Source: Spirochaetota bacterium (lineage in GTDB: Bacteria > Spirochaetota > UBA4802 > UBA5550). Taken from it: a stretch of DNA of 64,000 bases. Position numbers and translations under genes: made by a program. The stretch is taken from positions 896,001 to 960,000 of the forward strand of contig OY760686.1 in NCBI GenBank assembly GCA_963663865.1, in the 5' to 3' direction. The notes under the pieces are model-generated. The model made no database searches, was not told the origin of the DNA, and saw only the letters and a program-made list of their open reading frames with translations. Shown here one piece after another: positions 18,553 through 29,600 of the stretch. The first letter of the stretch is position 1. Each line of letters starts with the position of its first letter.

Positions 18553-20490
18553 ATGGAAGAATCAGATCTAAAACAGCTTGAAAGGCGGGCCCGTTCTCTG
18601 CTTATGACAAAGCAAATCCCTCCCGCAAAGATGGATATTGTACGTTCGCTTATGAATAATCCGGAGATTATGCCGCACGAACGGTACAGGACCATTATCG
18701 GCCTTGTTGAAAGCTGTTTAGACAGAGAGGCACAAAAAACGGTTCAGGGCAGCAATGTCAAACAGACCGGAGCGGCAAGAAGAAAGCCAAAGCTTAATTC
18801 TGTTCAGGAGGCAGCCGTAAACGGGGATTATTATCCAACAGAAACATCGCTTTACATTGACCGTCTTTATGCTGAGTACAGATCGGCCAGGCTGTTTAAG
18901 AAGCGTTACCTAACGCGCAGAAACAACAGGCTCGGGATCGGCCTCAGGAAGAGACTTGTACCTTCGCCCGGCTTTTTAAAGGTTCTAAAGACAGTGGCAG
19001 GTGTTCAGCGCGAGGCATCAGGAAAGCTGGCCGCAGTTTTAGCACTAATCCTGAAGGACGAGCAAGTAACAAGTCCGGTTCTTTACAATTACATCAGGCT
19101 TCTGCGCTCGTGGCTTCTTGTTTCCACGATGCCTCAGTTGAAGTATAAAGAAACAAAATGGATGGAGAGGCCTTACTTCGACAGGGAGTTTACTCCATGG
19201 GCGGAGAGGTATTTTGCGTTTCAGGAAATTGATACAGAACAGCGTGAGAGCATTATCAGAGAGATTGATTTACGGCTGAGAGAGATGGACGACTTCAGGA
19301 AGGAGGATTTCACTGATAGCGATACTGATTTCACAAGGCAGGAGAAGCAGAAAAGAAACCTGATTAAGGAAAAAGCTGTTTACGGCATAGTTATGTCAAT
19401 ACGGTCATTCCTGCACGGGCCGTCCGATGAAGGCAGTATTTTGTCGGACAGAATAAGGTCGCTCTGCGGGCTTTCAGGACTTCGGGAGCTTGTGATGGCG
19501 GTTATTCGCGCACTTGTGTACCAGAGGCCTGTTGAATACGCTGACTTCCGCAAGAGGTCAGCTCTTCGTCCGCCTGAGATCAGCCGGGAGGCCTGGGACT
19601 GTAATCCGGAGATGCTCAAGAAGGCCGGCAAAGACCCCGAGTCTGTGAGGAGGCGGGAAGCAGAGCGGTTAAAGATCAGACTGCAGCCCCTCGACCATTT
19701 TATTAAAATATTGCGAGTGAAGGACAGCGGTCAATCAATACTGATGAGAGGAGTTGACACTCAAATCAGGGAGGTCGATAAAAATCGTTATAATTCCCAT
19801 GAGCTATATGAAAACAACTATATCGCGTTTATTGACGCTTCGCTTCATTTCTTTAAAAAATTCTTACTCCGCTATATTGACGGCACCGCTCTTTTGTTTG
19901 AGGATAAAAACGGGAAGAGCTACGAGACATCGCCTTTCAGGAGAGAGCTTTTTGCGGATGTCCTGGCAGCAATGCCGGTCGTCCTTGATATGTTTCATTC
20001 TTTCAGGGCTAACAATCCCATGACCGCGGTAAGCGCGATAGAGGCCCGAAAGATAATGCAGGGCCAGATTACCACGATGGGTCATGTCAGAGAGCTGCTC
20101 AATAAAGCCGGTGATTTCTTTTTCGGCGTCTCAGTAGAACTGTACAGGGTTTACGAAAAGCATAGAACCTATATTTTCAGAGGAGGGGTTACTGAGGCAG
20201 GTCTTGCAAGAAGAACGGTCGGGGGTGATGAATTCGTCGAGTCAGCCGAGCCCAGGCCGATTCCCTTTTATGACTGCAAGGCCGTATCAGCCGGGCCGGG
20301 TGAAATGCTCTATGCAAGGCTTAAGGGCCGTCCCTTTGCGGGTACCCCATCAGCAGAAGGCATTTTCGGTTATGTTATGGCATATTGCTTTCAGGGTGCT
20401 GAGGCCTGTTTCAGCCGCGAACTTTCGAGGCTTATGAGCGAGAGAGAGGCCATAATTATAAGGCTCGGAGAGCTGGGGGTTAATCCATAA
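18553..20490 (+). CDS. hypothetical helical cytoplasmic protein
   Basis: 645-aa ORF, no recognisable motif; stop abuts the next start. Confidence 0.8.
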   Translation: MEESDLKQLERRARSLLMTKQIPPAKMDIVRSLMNNPEIMPHERYRTIIGLVESCLDREAQKTVQGSNVKQTGAARRKPKLNSVQEAAVNGDYYPTETSLYIDRLYAEYRSARLFKKRYLTRRNNRLGIGLRKRLVPSPGFLKVLKTVAGVQREASGKLAAVLALILKDEQVTSPVLYNYIRLLRSWLLVSTMPQLKYKETKWMERPYFDREFTPWAERYFAFQEIDTEQRESIIREIDLRLREMDDFRKEDFTDSDTDFTRQEKQKRNLIKEKAVYGIVMSIRSFLHGPSDEGSILSDRIRSLCGLSGLRELVMAVIRALVYQRPVEYADFRKRSALRPPEISREAWDCNPEMLKKAGKDPESVRRREAERLKIRLQPLDHFIKILRVKDSGQSILMRGVDTQIREVDKNRYNSHELYENNYIAFIDASLHFFKKFLLRYIDGTALLFEDKNGKSYETSPFRRELFADVLAAMPVVLDMFHSFRANNPMTAVSAIEARKIMQGQITTMGHVRELLNKAGDFFFGVSVELYRVYEKHRTYIFRGGVTEAGLARRTVGGDEFVESAEPRPIPFYDCKAVSAGPGEMLYARLKGRPFAGTPSAEGIFGYVMAYCFQGAEACFSRELSRLMSEREAIIIRLGELGVNP

Positions 20491-22209
20491 GTGTTTATTC
20501 CTGCTACACTTGACGAAGCACGGCTGCTTGGATGGAGCGGTTTTGATGTTATACTCGTTTCCGGGGACGCGTATATTGACAGCCCCAACATGGGTATAGC
20601 AGTCATTGGGCATGTCCTCATTGATGCAGGATACAGGGTGGGTATAATCGCTCAGCCGGATATCAATTCTGAATCAGATATTACCCGCCTTGGAGAGCCG
20701 GCGCTCTTCTGGGGGATTAGCTCTGGCTGTGTGGATTCGATGGTGTCAAACTACAATGCTGACAGAAGGATACGGCTTCACGATGACCTTACCCCGGGCG
20801 GGGTGCACGGCAAAAGGCCCGACAGGGCTCTGATAGCATATACCGGGCTAATCCGGAGGTATTTTAAAAATACTGTTCCAGTTGTGCTTGGGGGAATTGA
20901 GGCAAGTCTTAGAAGAATAGCCCATTATGACTACTGGCAAAACTCAATCAGAAGATCGGTGCTTTTTGATGCCAAGGCAGATATAATCATATACGGAATG
21001 GGAGAGAGGCCTGTAACAGAGCTTGCTGCTTCCATAGCTGCCGGGAGGGACTGGCGCGATATTCGGGGAATCTGTTACGCGGGCATGTGTCCTGAGGAGC
21101 ATAAGCTGGTTCTTCCGTCATACGAAGAAGCTGCCGCTGACAGTGATATGTTTGAGTCGATGTTCAGGGATTTTTATCATGAAACTGTATCTGAAAATCC
21201 GAGGACGATAATACAGAAACACGGAGAACGGTATTTAATACAAAATCCTCCAGCTGAAATACTGACTCCGGAAGAGCTGGGGCGGGTAAATAATCTGCCT
21301 TACGAACGGTCGCTTCATCCATTGTGCGCGGGCAAGGGGGAGGTGAGGGCGGTTGACACAGCGCGCTTTTCAATAACAACGCATCGGGGATGTTTCGGGG
21401 AATGCTCCTTCTGCGCGATAACTGTCCATCAGGGGAAAAAGGTGGTTTCTCGTACTATAGACTCAATCTGCAGTGAAGCTCGCTCAATAACGGGCCATCC
21501 GGATTTTAAAGGATACATTGATGATGTCGGCGGGCCTACCGCTAATATGTATTCATACAGCTGCTCATCGCGGAAACATCCCGGTTCATGCGTGAAAAGC
21601 TGCCTGTATCCCGGCGTTTGTACTTCTCTCCAACATGGGCATGCGGATCAGATAAGGATGCTGAGGGCTCTGAAAGGAATTGAGGGAATCAAAAAGGTAT
21701 TCATTCGGTCAGGTGTGAGATATGATCTTGTGACAGCCGATATCAAAACGGGAAAAAATTATCTTGCAGACATTCTTCAGAATAACATCTCCGGACAAAT
21801 GAGGATTGCTCCTGAGCATTCAAACGGCAGGGTCTTGAAGCTGATGAGAAAGCCGGGGGAAGTCGAGCTCGATGAATTTCGCAGATTATTTAAAAAGGTT
21901 CAAGGGGAAACCGGAAGCAGGATTTATCTTTCGTACTACTACATGGCCGCTCATCCTGGATGCTCTATTGAAGACATGAAGGAACTCAAGCAGAATGCGG
22001 GCATCGTTTTTAATGAGCTTAACGCGCATGTTCAGATTTTCACTCCAACTCCGTCAACATTCTCAACTCTGGCATACTGGACCGGTAAAGACCCTTTCAC
22101 CGGCAAAGTTCTGTTTGTTGAAAAGGAGATGGGGAGCAAACTCAAACAGAAGAAGATTCTTCAGCCCGGTGAATCCGGAAATCTAAATCGTGGTAGAAGA
22201 AAGCGCTGA
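20491..22209 (+). CDS. ygiQ: YgiQ/UPF0313 family radical SAM protein
   Basis: GDAYID, GGIEASLRR, THRGCFGECSFC (CxxxCxxC), DVGGPTANMY, APEH and AAHPG motifs; GTG start. Confidence 0.92.
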   Translation: MFIPATLDEARLLGWSGFDVILVSGDAYIDSPNMGIAVIGHVLIDAGYRVGIIAQPDINSESDITRLGEPALFWGISSGCVDSMVSNYNADRRIRLHDDLTPGGVHGKRPDRALIAYTGLIRRYFKNTVPVVLGGIEASLRRIAHYDYWQNSIRRSVLFDAKADIIIYGMGERPVTELAASIAAGRDWRDIRGICYAGMCPEEHKLVLPSYEEAAADSDMFESMFRDFYHETVSENPRTIIQKHGERYLIQNPPAEILTPEELGRVNNLPYERSLHPLCAGKGEVRAVDTARFSITTHRGCFGECSFCAITVHQGKKVVSRTIDSICSEARSITGHPDFKGYIDDVGGPTANMYSYSCSSRKHPGSCVKSCLYPGVCTSLQHGHADQIRMLRALKGIEGIKKVFIRSGVRYDLVTADIKTGKNYLADILQNNISGQMRIAPEHSNGRVLKLMRKPGEVELDEFRRLFKKVQGETGSRIYLSYYYMAAHPGCSIEDMKELKQNAGIVFNELNAHVQIFTPTPSTFSTLAYWTGKDPFTGKVLFVEKEMGSKLKQKKILQPGESGNLNRGRRKR

Positions 22210-22239
22210 TTCATGTAATAGTCCGGTGTAAAGCAGGTC

Positions 22240-24135
22240 TCAGGAGTTGTTTCCGTGATTCTTTGTTTTCTCTTTCATTGTTTTCGATATGGTCTGAATA
22301 AGTTCGTCAAGTTTGAAAGGCTTTGGTATGAATACGTCGATAACATTGCTGTAAGCATCAATATCGTCCATCGTCCAGCCTGAGAGCAGAAAAGTCGCTG
22401 TTCTGTCGTTGAGCTCTTTCGCCCGCGCGGCGAGTTCTATTCCAGTCAGACCCGGTATTCCGTAGTCTGTTATTAAAATATCAAATCTGTTAGCTTTTAT
22501 TTCTTCGAGGGCGTCTGAACTGTTTGAACACACCCGGACATGGTTCCCCATTCTGTCAAATAAGTCTCTCAAAATCTTCTGGAGAGTAAGTTCATCTTCA
22601 ACTATTAGAATATTTAAATTGCGGAGTACATATTCGGTTTTTCCACCTGATTTTAGCCTGTCATGAAGAAGACGCCTTTCGGGTATAATAACCTTGATTG
22701 AATAGCTTGAACTGGATTCTTCCTCGAAGATTTTTAGTCCGATTTTTTCGCTGCTCTGTCTTATGTCAATTCCTGAAAAAACATTAACGAGGTCTGAGCG
22801 CTGAAAGCCGTCGGTGGCTGCATCCTGCTTTTGAGCTGTAACATTAATAACTACGTCGGAGGTTTCTTTCATTGTAAGAGTAACTGTACCGTTTGATCTG
22901 ATTATTCCCGATATTTTGAGAATTATTGAGATTAGAATTTCCCGAAGGAGGGAGGCATCAGTCATGATTTCCGGAGAAGAATAGTATTTCTTTTCAATCG
23001 CGATATTCCTTCTGTTCTCTCTGTCCTCAACCTTGAATCTCAATCTGGCAAACTCGATTGAGTCTTCAATTATGGACACGAGATGTTCCGGCTGCTCGCC
23101 TGTCATCGAAGGCTTTGCTGAAATTGAATTCTGCAGGCGCCTGATATCATCAATGATGTCAAGGGATGATTTTTCAATGATAGAAATACCTTCAAGCACA
23201 GAGGGTTTTTCTGTTATCTGTTGAAGCAGTTGGGTCTGGCTCAAAACAATATTAATGCTGTTGTTTAGAGAATGAAGAAATCCCTTGGTGATGTCCTGCA
23301 GCAGGTTGTTCCTTCCAATGGAATTAATCTTCTCTTTGAGCGATTTTATCTCGGTGACATCCTCAATTGCTATTTCAACAAGAGGCCCGTGTTCAGCGTC
23401 AATAACAGGATACATTACAATGTTGACGATCTTTTCCGAGGCATCGGCTGAAATAAACTTTAGTTCACCCTTTCGTGCAAAAGGGAGTTCTCCTCCTGAA
23501 AGTCGTGAGGCTATGGCCCTTATTCGTTCATGGTCAAAGGGGAAAAAAGTAAGGATCGTGTTATGAGAATCTTCGAAATTTAGCGTTAAACCCGCAAAGT
23601 TTTCGAATGTGTGACTGCGGCGGAGAATAACCGATTCGCTGTTTATTCTTATGACAGGCATCGGAGTGAATTGATAGAGAACATCTTCGTATGTGCTGCT
23701 TTCATCTGAGAGAAGGGAAAGCGTTGATTTATTAAATGATACCATTCTATTGTCGACGTTTCTGAAAATTGAAAGAATTGATACGACAACACCGTTTTCA
23801 AGCATAGGGAAAAGATATATCTCAACAGGAATTTTATCACCATCGTTGGATAAAATCACCGCGAAGCATTGCCGTTCATTTCCTTCCAGAGCTCCAAGAT
23901 ATGCATTAGCAAGGCGTTTACGGTATTCAGAGTAAAAGGGGTGATCCGGCTGGAGTTTGATGCTGTTCTTTGATGTATCAAAGACTGTGCGGAAAAGGCT
24001 GTTGCCGTAGAGTAAATTTCCATCAGTTCCGACAACACTTACCGGATAATTAAATAATTCAAAGATTTGAAAGCGGGCCTCACCATAATGAGGCCCCTGT
24101 TTATATTGCGGATTATCGTTATTATCGCTACTCAT
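22240..24135 (-). CDS. PAS-PAS-HisKA-like / degenerate HATPase / receiver hybrid signalling protein
   Basis: Two PAS-like regions, FLHSLNNS H-box, eroded N/G boxes, intact receiver (VEDE, ITDYGIPG, PKP). Confidence 0.8.
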   Translation of the reverse strand: MSSDNNDNPQYKQGPHYGEARFQIFELFNYPVSVVGTDGNLLYGNSLFRTVFDTSKNSIKLQPDHPFYSEYRKRLANAYLGALEGNERQCFAVILSNDGDKIPVEIYLFPMLENGVVVSILSIFRNVDNRMVSFNKSTLSLLSDESSTYEDVLYQFTPMPVIRINSESVILRRSHTFENFAGLTLNFEDSHNTILTFFPFDHERIRAIASRLSGGELPFARKGELKFISADASEKIVNIVMYPVIDAEHGPLVEIAIEDVTEIKSLKEKINSIGRNNLLQDITKGFLHSLNNSINIVLSQTQLLQQITEKPSVLEGISIIEKSSLDIIDDIRRLQNSISAKPSMTGEQPEHLVSIIEDSIEFARLRFKVEDRENRRNIAIEKKYYSSPEIMTDASLLREILISIILKISGIIRSNGTVTLTMKETSDVVINVTAQKQDAATDGFQRSDLVNVFSGIDIRQSSEKIGLKIFEEESSSSYSIKVIIPERRLLHDRLKSGGKTEYVLRNLNILIVEDELTLQKILRDLFDRMGNHVRVCSNSSDALEEIKANRFDILITDYGIPGLTGIELAARAKELNDRTATFLLSGWTMDDIDAYSNVIDVFIPKPFKLDELIQTISKTMKEKTKNHGNNS

Positions 24136-24140
24136 TCCAA

Positions 24141-25601
24141 TTACAAAAGAGTCCTCTTATTGATAAACTCTATACCGCCGGTCTTAATTGTTACAGGAAC
24201 GTTCTCTGTTTCAGCAACATTGCCCTTCTTGTTAATATAGTCAAGCTTAACATCGTAGTTGCCGGGGGCAAGGAAAATTCGTCCAAGATGAAGTCTTGCG
24301 GGTAATGTGTGCCAGCATCTCAGGTCAGGTCCCATCGAAGAGAACAGAGCGGCTCCTGTTCCGGCTCCCGCGACTGTTCCGATAAGACCGGCAAAAGAAC
24401 CAGCTCCGGCTTTTTCAGCTATCTTCTTTGCAGCTATCCCGGCAGCTATTGAAGCCGCGGCTTTAGTAACTATTGAAGCAGCAAGATGAACCTGTAGAGA
24501 GCTGTAATCCTCTTTTAGATTGTTTACTGCTGTATTGCTGATGTCTTCGAATGGTATTGTTCCAGCTGTTGTGTTGCCTGCCGTAATTTTAACATATGAA
24601 GTGTTATCGGACCTCTCGACAAACCTGGGTATGGGATTTTCGGCATTGTTCAAAGCGACCATTATTGCCGCTATGGTTACGCCTTCTTTAAGGGAAATCC
24701 TGCGAAGTGATCTGTCAATGGAAACCTTCATTGCTGAGTCCGATAGAAGTTTGCCCCTTGATTTTTTTACGGCGCTTTTCCCTGACTGAAGAATAACGAC
24801 AAGTTCACCGGCGTCTTTGAATGACTTGTCGACATTACCAAACTGTGCTGACCATTTAGCAGCGTCATCATTATATCCGAGGCGTTTTGAAACACGGATC
24901 AGGTCTGCCTTAACGGGACCGTATCCAGGGCTGAGAATATTTATCTGTTCATATTCTTTATAAGCGTATTCAAGATCATCGAGGTCATTATTTTCACGGG
25001 CAGTTATCTCATAGGCCACTGCAGTGAGATACTTTGCCATAAGGTTCTGCTTATATTTCGAAGTGTTGCCTTCGGCCCTGATCTTGGAGAGTTCTTCATT
25101 GACAAGCTTGAACTCAACCCGCGCGGATTCAGTTTCGCCCATTTTTAAAAAATTAATACCGAGGAACATATGAACAAGGACTTTCTCAAAGTCTTCTCCT
25201 TTATAGTTCGTAGAGGTCTGGTTTGAAAGCAGAGCTGTTATCTGCTGTGTCACGCTTGTAGGGACAACCTTTGCGAGTTTCCCTGCCGGCAGAAGTATGC
25301 TGTTGCTTTTTTCGTAGTCAGCTCCAGCATGAAGCATATAGCCGCACTCCATCATGTATAGAAGCTGGTCCCTGCCTTTGTTGTTTACTTCAGGAAGAAG
25401 CATGCGTGCAGCTCCCAGATAATCTCCCTGATAGAACTTCTGTTCAGGCGCCTTGATCGCTTCAAAGTAACTTTTTGATGAACAGGAAACGGATAAAACC
25501 GACAGAAAAACGGCTGCAATTATAAGAAATTTTTTCATAATAATCCTCGCTGTATTTTTCCGAATATAGCTTATGAAACCCGAAAGAACAAAATTTAGCA
25601 A
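24141..25601 (-). CDS. COG3014-family TPR-like lipoprotein
   Basis: Likely start MKKFL with lipobox SVS-C; YKGEDFE, ARVEF and DLRCWHTLP motifs; next to lpoB-like gene. Confidence 0.8.
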   Translation of the reverse strand: MLNFVLSGFISYIRKNTARIIMKKFLIIAAVFLSVLSVSCSSKSYFEAIKAPEQKFYQGDYLGAARMLLPEVNNKGRDQLLYMMECGYMLHAGADYEKSNSILLPAGKLAKVVPTSVTQQITALLSNQTSTNYKGEDFEKVLVHMFLGINFLKMGETESARVEFKLVNEELSKIRAEGNTSKYKQNLMAKYLTAVAYEITARENNDLDDLEYAYKEYEQINILSPGYGPVKADLIRVSKRLGYNDDAAKWSAQFGNVDKSFKDAGELVVILQSGKSAVKKSRGKLLSDSAMKVSIDRSLRRISLKEGVTIAAIMVALNNAENPIPRFVERSDNTSYVKITAGNTTAGTIPFEDISNTAVNNLKEDYSSLQVHLAASIVTKAAASIAAGIAAKKIAEKAGAGSFAGLIGTVAGAGTGAALFSSMGPDLRCWHTLPARLHLGRIFLAPGNYDVKLDYINKKGNVAETENVPVTIKTGGIEFINKRTLL

Positions 25602-25637
25602 GAAAAAATTCAGGATTTATAGGCTTAAGGAAGTATT

Positions 25638-25668
25638 AAAAAAAGAACGGGCGATTAACCCGTTCTTT
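25638..25668 (-). terminator. intrinsic terminator after the lpoB-like gene
   Basis: AAAGAACGGG-N7-CCCGTTCTTT with a T-run on the minus strand. Confidence 0.75.
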
Positions 25669-25689
25669 CATAGTCGTTGAAAAGAATTC

Positions 25690-26277
25690 TTAAAAACTTA
25701 TTCTGTTTGTGGATGTAGCCTTCAAAAATTCCTGCTGGTCCTGCCAGACGAGCATTCCAGTCGCAAGACTTGACAGCTTGAGCGTTACAACAAGATATTG
25801 CACTCGATGCCCGCCAACGAATCTTACATTGTCGCTGATCTCCCCATGCAGATAGAAGTTTGGTGATTTGAGGGATCCCATCGGAATCGCGCTGTCCGGG
25901 TCTATAAGGCCTGTCATGCCTTTTCCCATTTCCTCGATTGCGTCCGCAGTATAAGTCGGATCAACGAACTGAATCCTTTTTTGTATCAGGTTTGTTACAA
26001 GTTCATTGGAAACCATCTTTGTGTCGATATGTTCCGAAGTCCTGTTTCTAATCTTTTTAACCTGAATTATAGTAGCCTTTTTCCAGTCCTCTTTAAGATA
26101 TTTGTAAAGAGAGCCTACCATTTTTGATACAGTAGTTTTGACCTCACGGGGCCCCCATTCCATTGAGCCGCTGTCTTTTGAAGCGTCCCTGTACTGGGTT
26201 CCTCCGCAGGCTGTTAAAGCCAGAAGTGCTGATACAAAAAGAATTGAAGCTTTTTTCATAGTTGATAAACCTCGCAT
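25690..26277 (-). CDS. LpoB-like (penicillin-binding protein activator / CsgG-fold) lipoprotein
   Basis: Lipobox LTA-C; IRNRTSEHID motif; L..TG.LVW C-terminus. Confidence 0.8.
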   Translation of the reverse strand: MRGLSTMKKASILFVSALLALTACGGTQYRDASKDSGSMEWGPREVKTTVSKMVGSLYKYLKEDWKKATIIQVKKIRNRTSEHIDTKMVSNELVTNLIQKRIQFVDPTYTADAIEEMGKGMTGLIDPDSAIPMGSLKSPNFYLHGEISDNVRFVGGHRVQYLVVTLKLSSLATGMLVWQDQQEFLKATSTNRISF

Positions 26278-26605
26278 AGATTAAGTATACTTCGGCAGAA
26301 AGACAGCCGTTAATGATAATCAAAGTATTATCCCCTGATATCATGTAATTGTCAATAAACTAACAGCATAAGAGTGGAAATATTCATTTTTAATGCTGAA
26401 AAAGGATGTATTGGATACGAATGAGGTTAACTGTATGATGGTGCGATTATGCTATAGATCAGTTAAAGGAAGTAAATAATTAGAATATTTGATATTATTC
26501 AACCCGTGTAAAAATAAACTTGATAAAATGAATTTGATATTAATACACTGGGAATTTGTTTTAACGGTTCAGTCAAAATGAAAGCTGTTTTAATATACTA
26601 ATCGT

Positions 26606-29600
26606 GTGATAAATTCGTTCTTAATATGTCTGAAAAAATATAAAAAAGATTTAATACGGCTCAGCAGTGAATATAACACTGCCCGGGGGATGTTTTTGAG
26701 AACCATATCGGTATTATTGTTTATGCTGCTTCAGGGCGGTTTCATTTCAGCCGCCTGTCCCCTTCATGCTGCAGCTGAAAGTACTCACAAGCTTTCACCT
26801 GCTTTGATCATGCTTGAGGTTCTTGAGGATAAAAGCGGTTTTTTGGACATTGACGATGTGCTCTCGCCTGCGGCTGAAAGTGAATTTAAGCTTGAAAAAA
26901 CAAATATCCCCAACAAAGGATTTTCTTCTTCCGCTTTCTGGGCGCGTTTCAGGCTTGAGAATGTACCAGATGACAATTATAGTTTGATTGTTATTACATT
27001 TCCGCTGCTTGACTCAGTCGAGTACTACAGGCCTGTTGTAAGCGGTACTGCCAGGCCGGAATATGTCAGGACTGCAGCGGGCAGGGATTATCCCTTTAAA
27101 TCAAGAGAGTACAACTACAGAGCTTTTGCCTTCAACCTGGGAAAGGATACGCCGCATGATGCATATCACTACCTCAGAATTGAAAGCGAAGATGCTGTAA
27201 TATTCCCTGTTTCGCTTATGGATGGTTACCAGTTTGCCGATTTAAGGGTGACTGAAAACTTCATCTTCGGAATCTATTACGGTATTTTGCTGGTAATGCT
27301 TCTCTACAACGCTTTTCTGTATCTTTCGCTCAGGGACAGAAATTATCTGAATTATGTTCTGTTTCTATGCGCATACGGTCTGTTTCTAATGTCAATGAAC
27401 GGGATTTCAACGCAGTATCTATGGCCTGACTCGGGTTTGTGGATTAAGACAGCCAATCCTGCCCTGATATCCCTCAGTATATTCTTCGCTGTAAGGTTTA
27501 CAACCGGCTTTATAAAAACAGCTGAAAATACCCCCGGAATTCACGCAATGCTCATTCTTATAAGCGTGATATCGCTGTTTTCGTTTGTGCTTTCGTTCTT
27601 CATTCCGTACAGAATTGCCATAATTGCCGGGCAGATTCTTCCGTTGTGTGCTATTTTTTCAGTAATACCGGCTGCAGCGATATCCTGGCGGAACGGTTTC
27701 AGACCTGCGAGATTCTACCTTCTTGCCTGGTCGATGCTATTGCTCGGAGTTATCCTCTCAGCATTAAGGGTCCTGGGTATTATCGGCCATAACGTGGTGA
27801 CGGAATACGGCCTGCAGATTGGTTCGGGGATAGAGCTGGTTCTGCTTTCACTCGCCCTTGCTGACCGGATAAACATTCTGAACCGTGAGAAGGCCGAGGC
27901 TCAGGCTGAGGCAATCGAAAACCTGCAAAAAGCTGACAGGCTTAAGGACGCATTTTTTGCAAACACGTCACATGAATTGAGGACGCCTTTAAGCGGAATT
28001 ATCGGTCTTGCCGAGTCCCTTCTCGAAGGAAGCGGCGGGGAACTGTCCGCGGGGGCGGCGAGGAATCTAAGCCTCATAGCAAGCAGCGGAAGGCGGCTTG
28101 CGTCTCTGGTAAACGACATTCTTGATTACTCAAGGCTCAAGCACCGGGACATTGTTCTCAATAACCGTCCTGTTGATCTTTTCTCTCTGGCGGATGTAGT
28201 TATTGAATTGACGGCTCCTCTTGCTTCTCAGTCATCGCTGAAGGTTGAAAACAGGCTTCCGGAAAACTTTGCGGCAGTATGGGGCGATGAGGAAAGAATA
28301 TGCCAGGTATTGATTAACCTTGTAGGAAACGCGATAAAGTTCAGTGATAGCGGGACGGTTGCAATTACAGCTGAATACGGTGAAGGCGACGGTTCGGGTA
28401 TGGCAGTTGTCAGCGTTTCTGACAGTGGAATTGGAATACCTGAGAGCATGTTTGAAGATATCTTTCAGCCTTATGAGCAGGTTGATGATCCAAATGTGAT
28501 CAGGTTTGGCGGAACAGGCATAGGACTTGCGATAACAAAGAAGCTTGTAGAGCTTCACGGGGGCTCAATCAATGTAAAATCTTCTCTGGGCGTGGGGTCG
28601 ACCTTCTATTTTACCTTGCCTTTATCCGGTGAAAAAGCGCCCCGGGCAGAAACTCTGAAACAGCGCCCTGTGATAGCGCAGGCCTACGCTGAAGAGATTA
28701 TTGAAGAGTTCGGGATAGTTGAGTCTGAAAGCAACAACCCGTCATCAAGAACCGAAATTCTTGCGGTAGATGATGATCCGGTTAATTTGCAGCTTTTGAG
28801 CGATATTTTAGGCTTGGCGGGTTTTCATGTCAGAAAATGCGTGAATGGAAAGGCTGCGATTGACTTGATTGACAGCGGATACCGTCCGGCAATAGTGTTA
28901 ATGGATCTGATGATGCCGGGCATGAGCGGCTACGAGGCTACAAGACGTATAAGGGAGAAATACAAGCTGACGGAGATGCCGGTAATGCTGATTACTGCCA
29001 AGGGGCAGAGCAGTGATATTGTCGCAGGACTTGAGGCAGGAGCAAATGAGTACATCATGAAACCGTTTGATTCAAGAATTCTCATGGCCAGGGTGTCAAC
29101 GCTTCTTTCCTTGAGAAACTCTGATTCTGAAATAAGGCGTCTGGTTTCAATCGATCAGGAGCTTGCTATTGCCAGACGGATTCAGCAGTCGACCATCCCC
29201 AAGACACTGCCCGTAGTAAAGGGGATAAAGACTGCTGCACGCTATGTGCCGATTGAAGGGATAGGCGGTGATTTTTACGATATTCATGAACTTGAAGACG
29301 GCAGTATCGCGGTTCTGCTGACCGATGTTTCCGGACACGGCCTCCCCTCGGCCCTGGTAGCATCCATGGTAAAAATGGTTTTTTGTATGCAGAAGGTAAT
29401 AGCGAGCCGTCCATCAGAGTTTCTTGAGAGGATGAATGATATCCTTATCGATAATATTGAAAATTCATTTTTAACTGCATCATACATATACCTTAATTCT
29501 GACAGGAACAGGATGGTTTGTTCGAATGCGGGGCACGTTCCGCTTCTTCTTCTAAGAGAAGGCAGCGAAGAGATTGTTTCAATTAAGCCTTCCGGAAGAT

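Noticed and set aside
26280-26605. AT-rich intergenic region as a replication origin or hidden gene
   Set aside because: No DnaA-box cluster or credible ORF seen; consistent with divergent promoters
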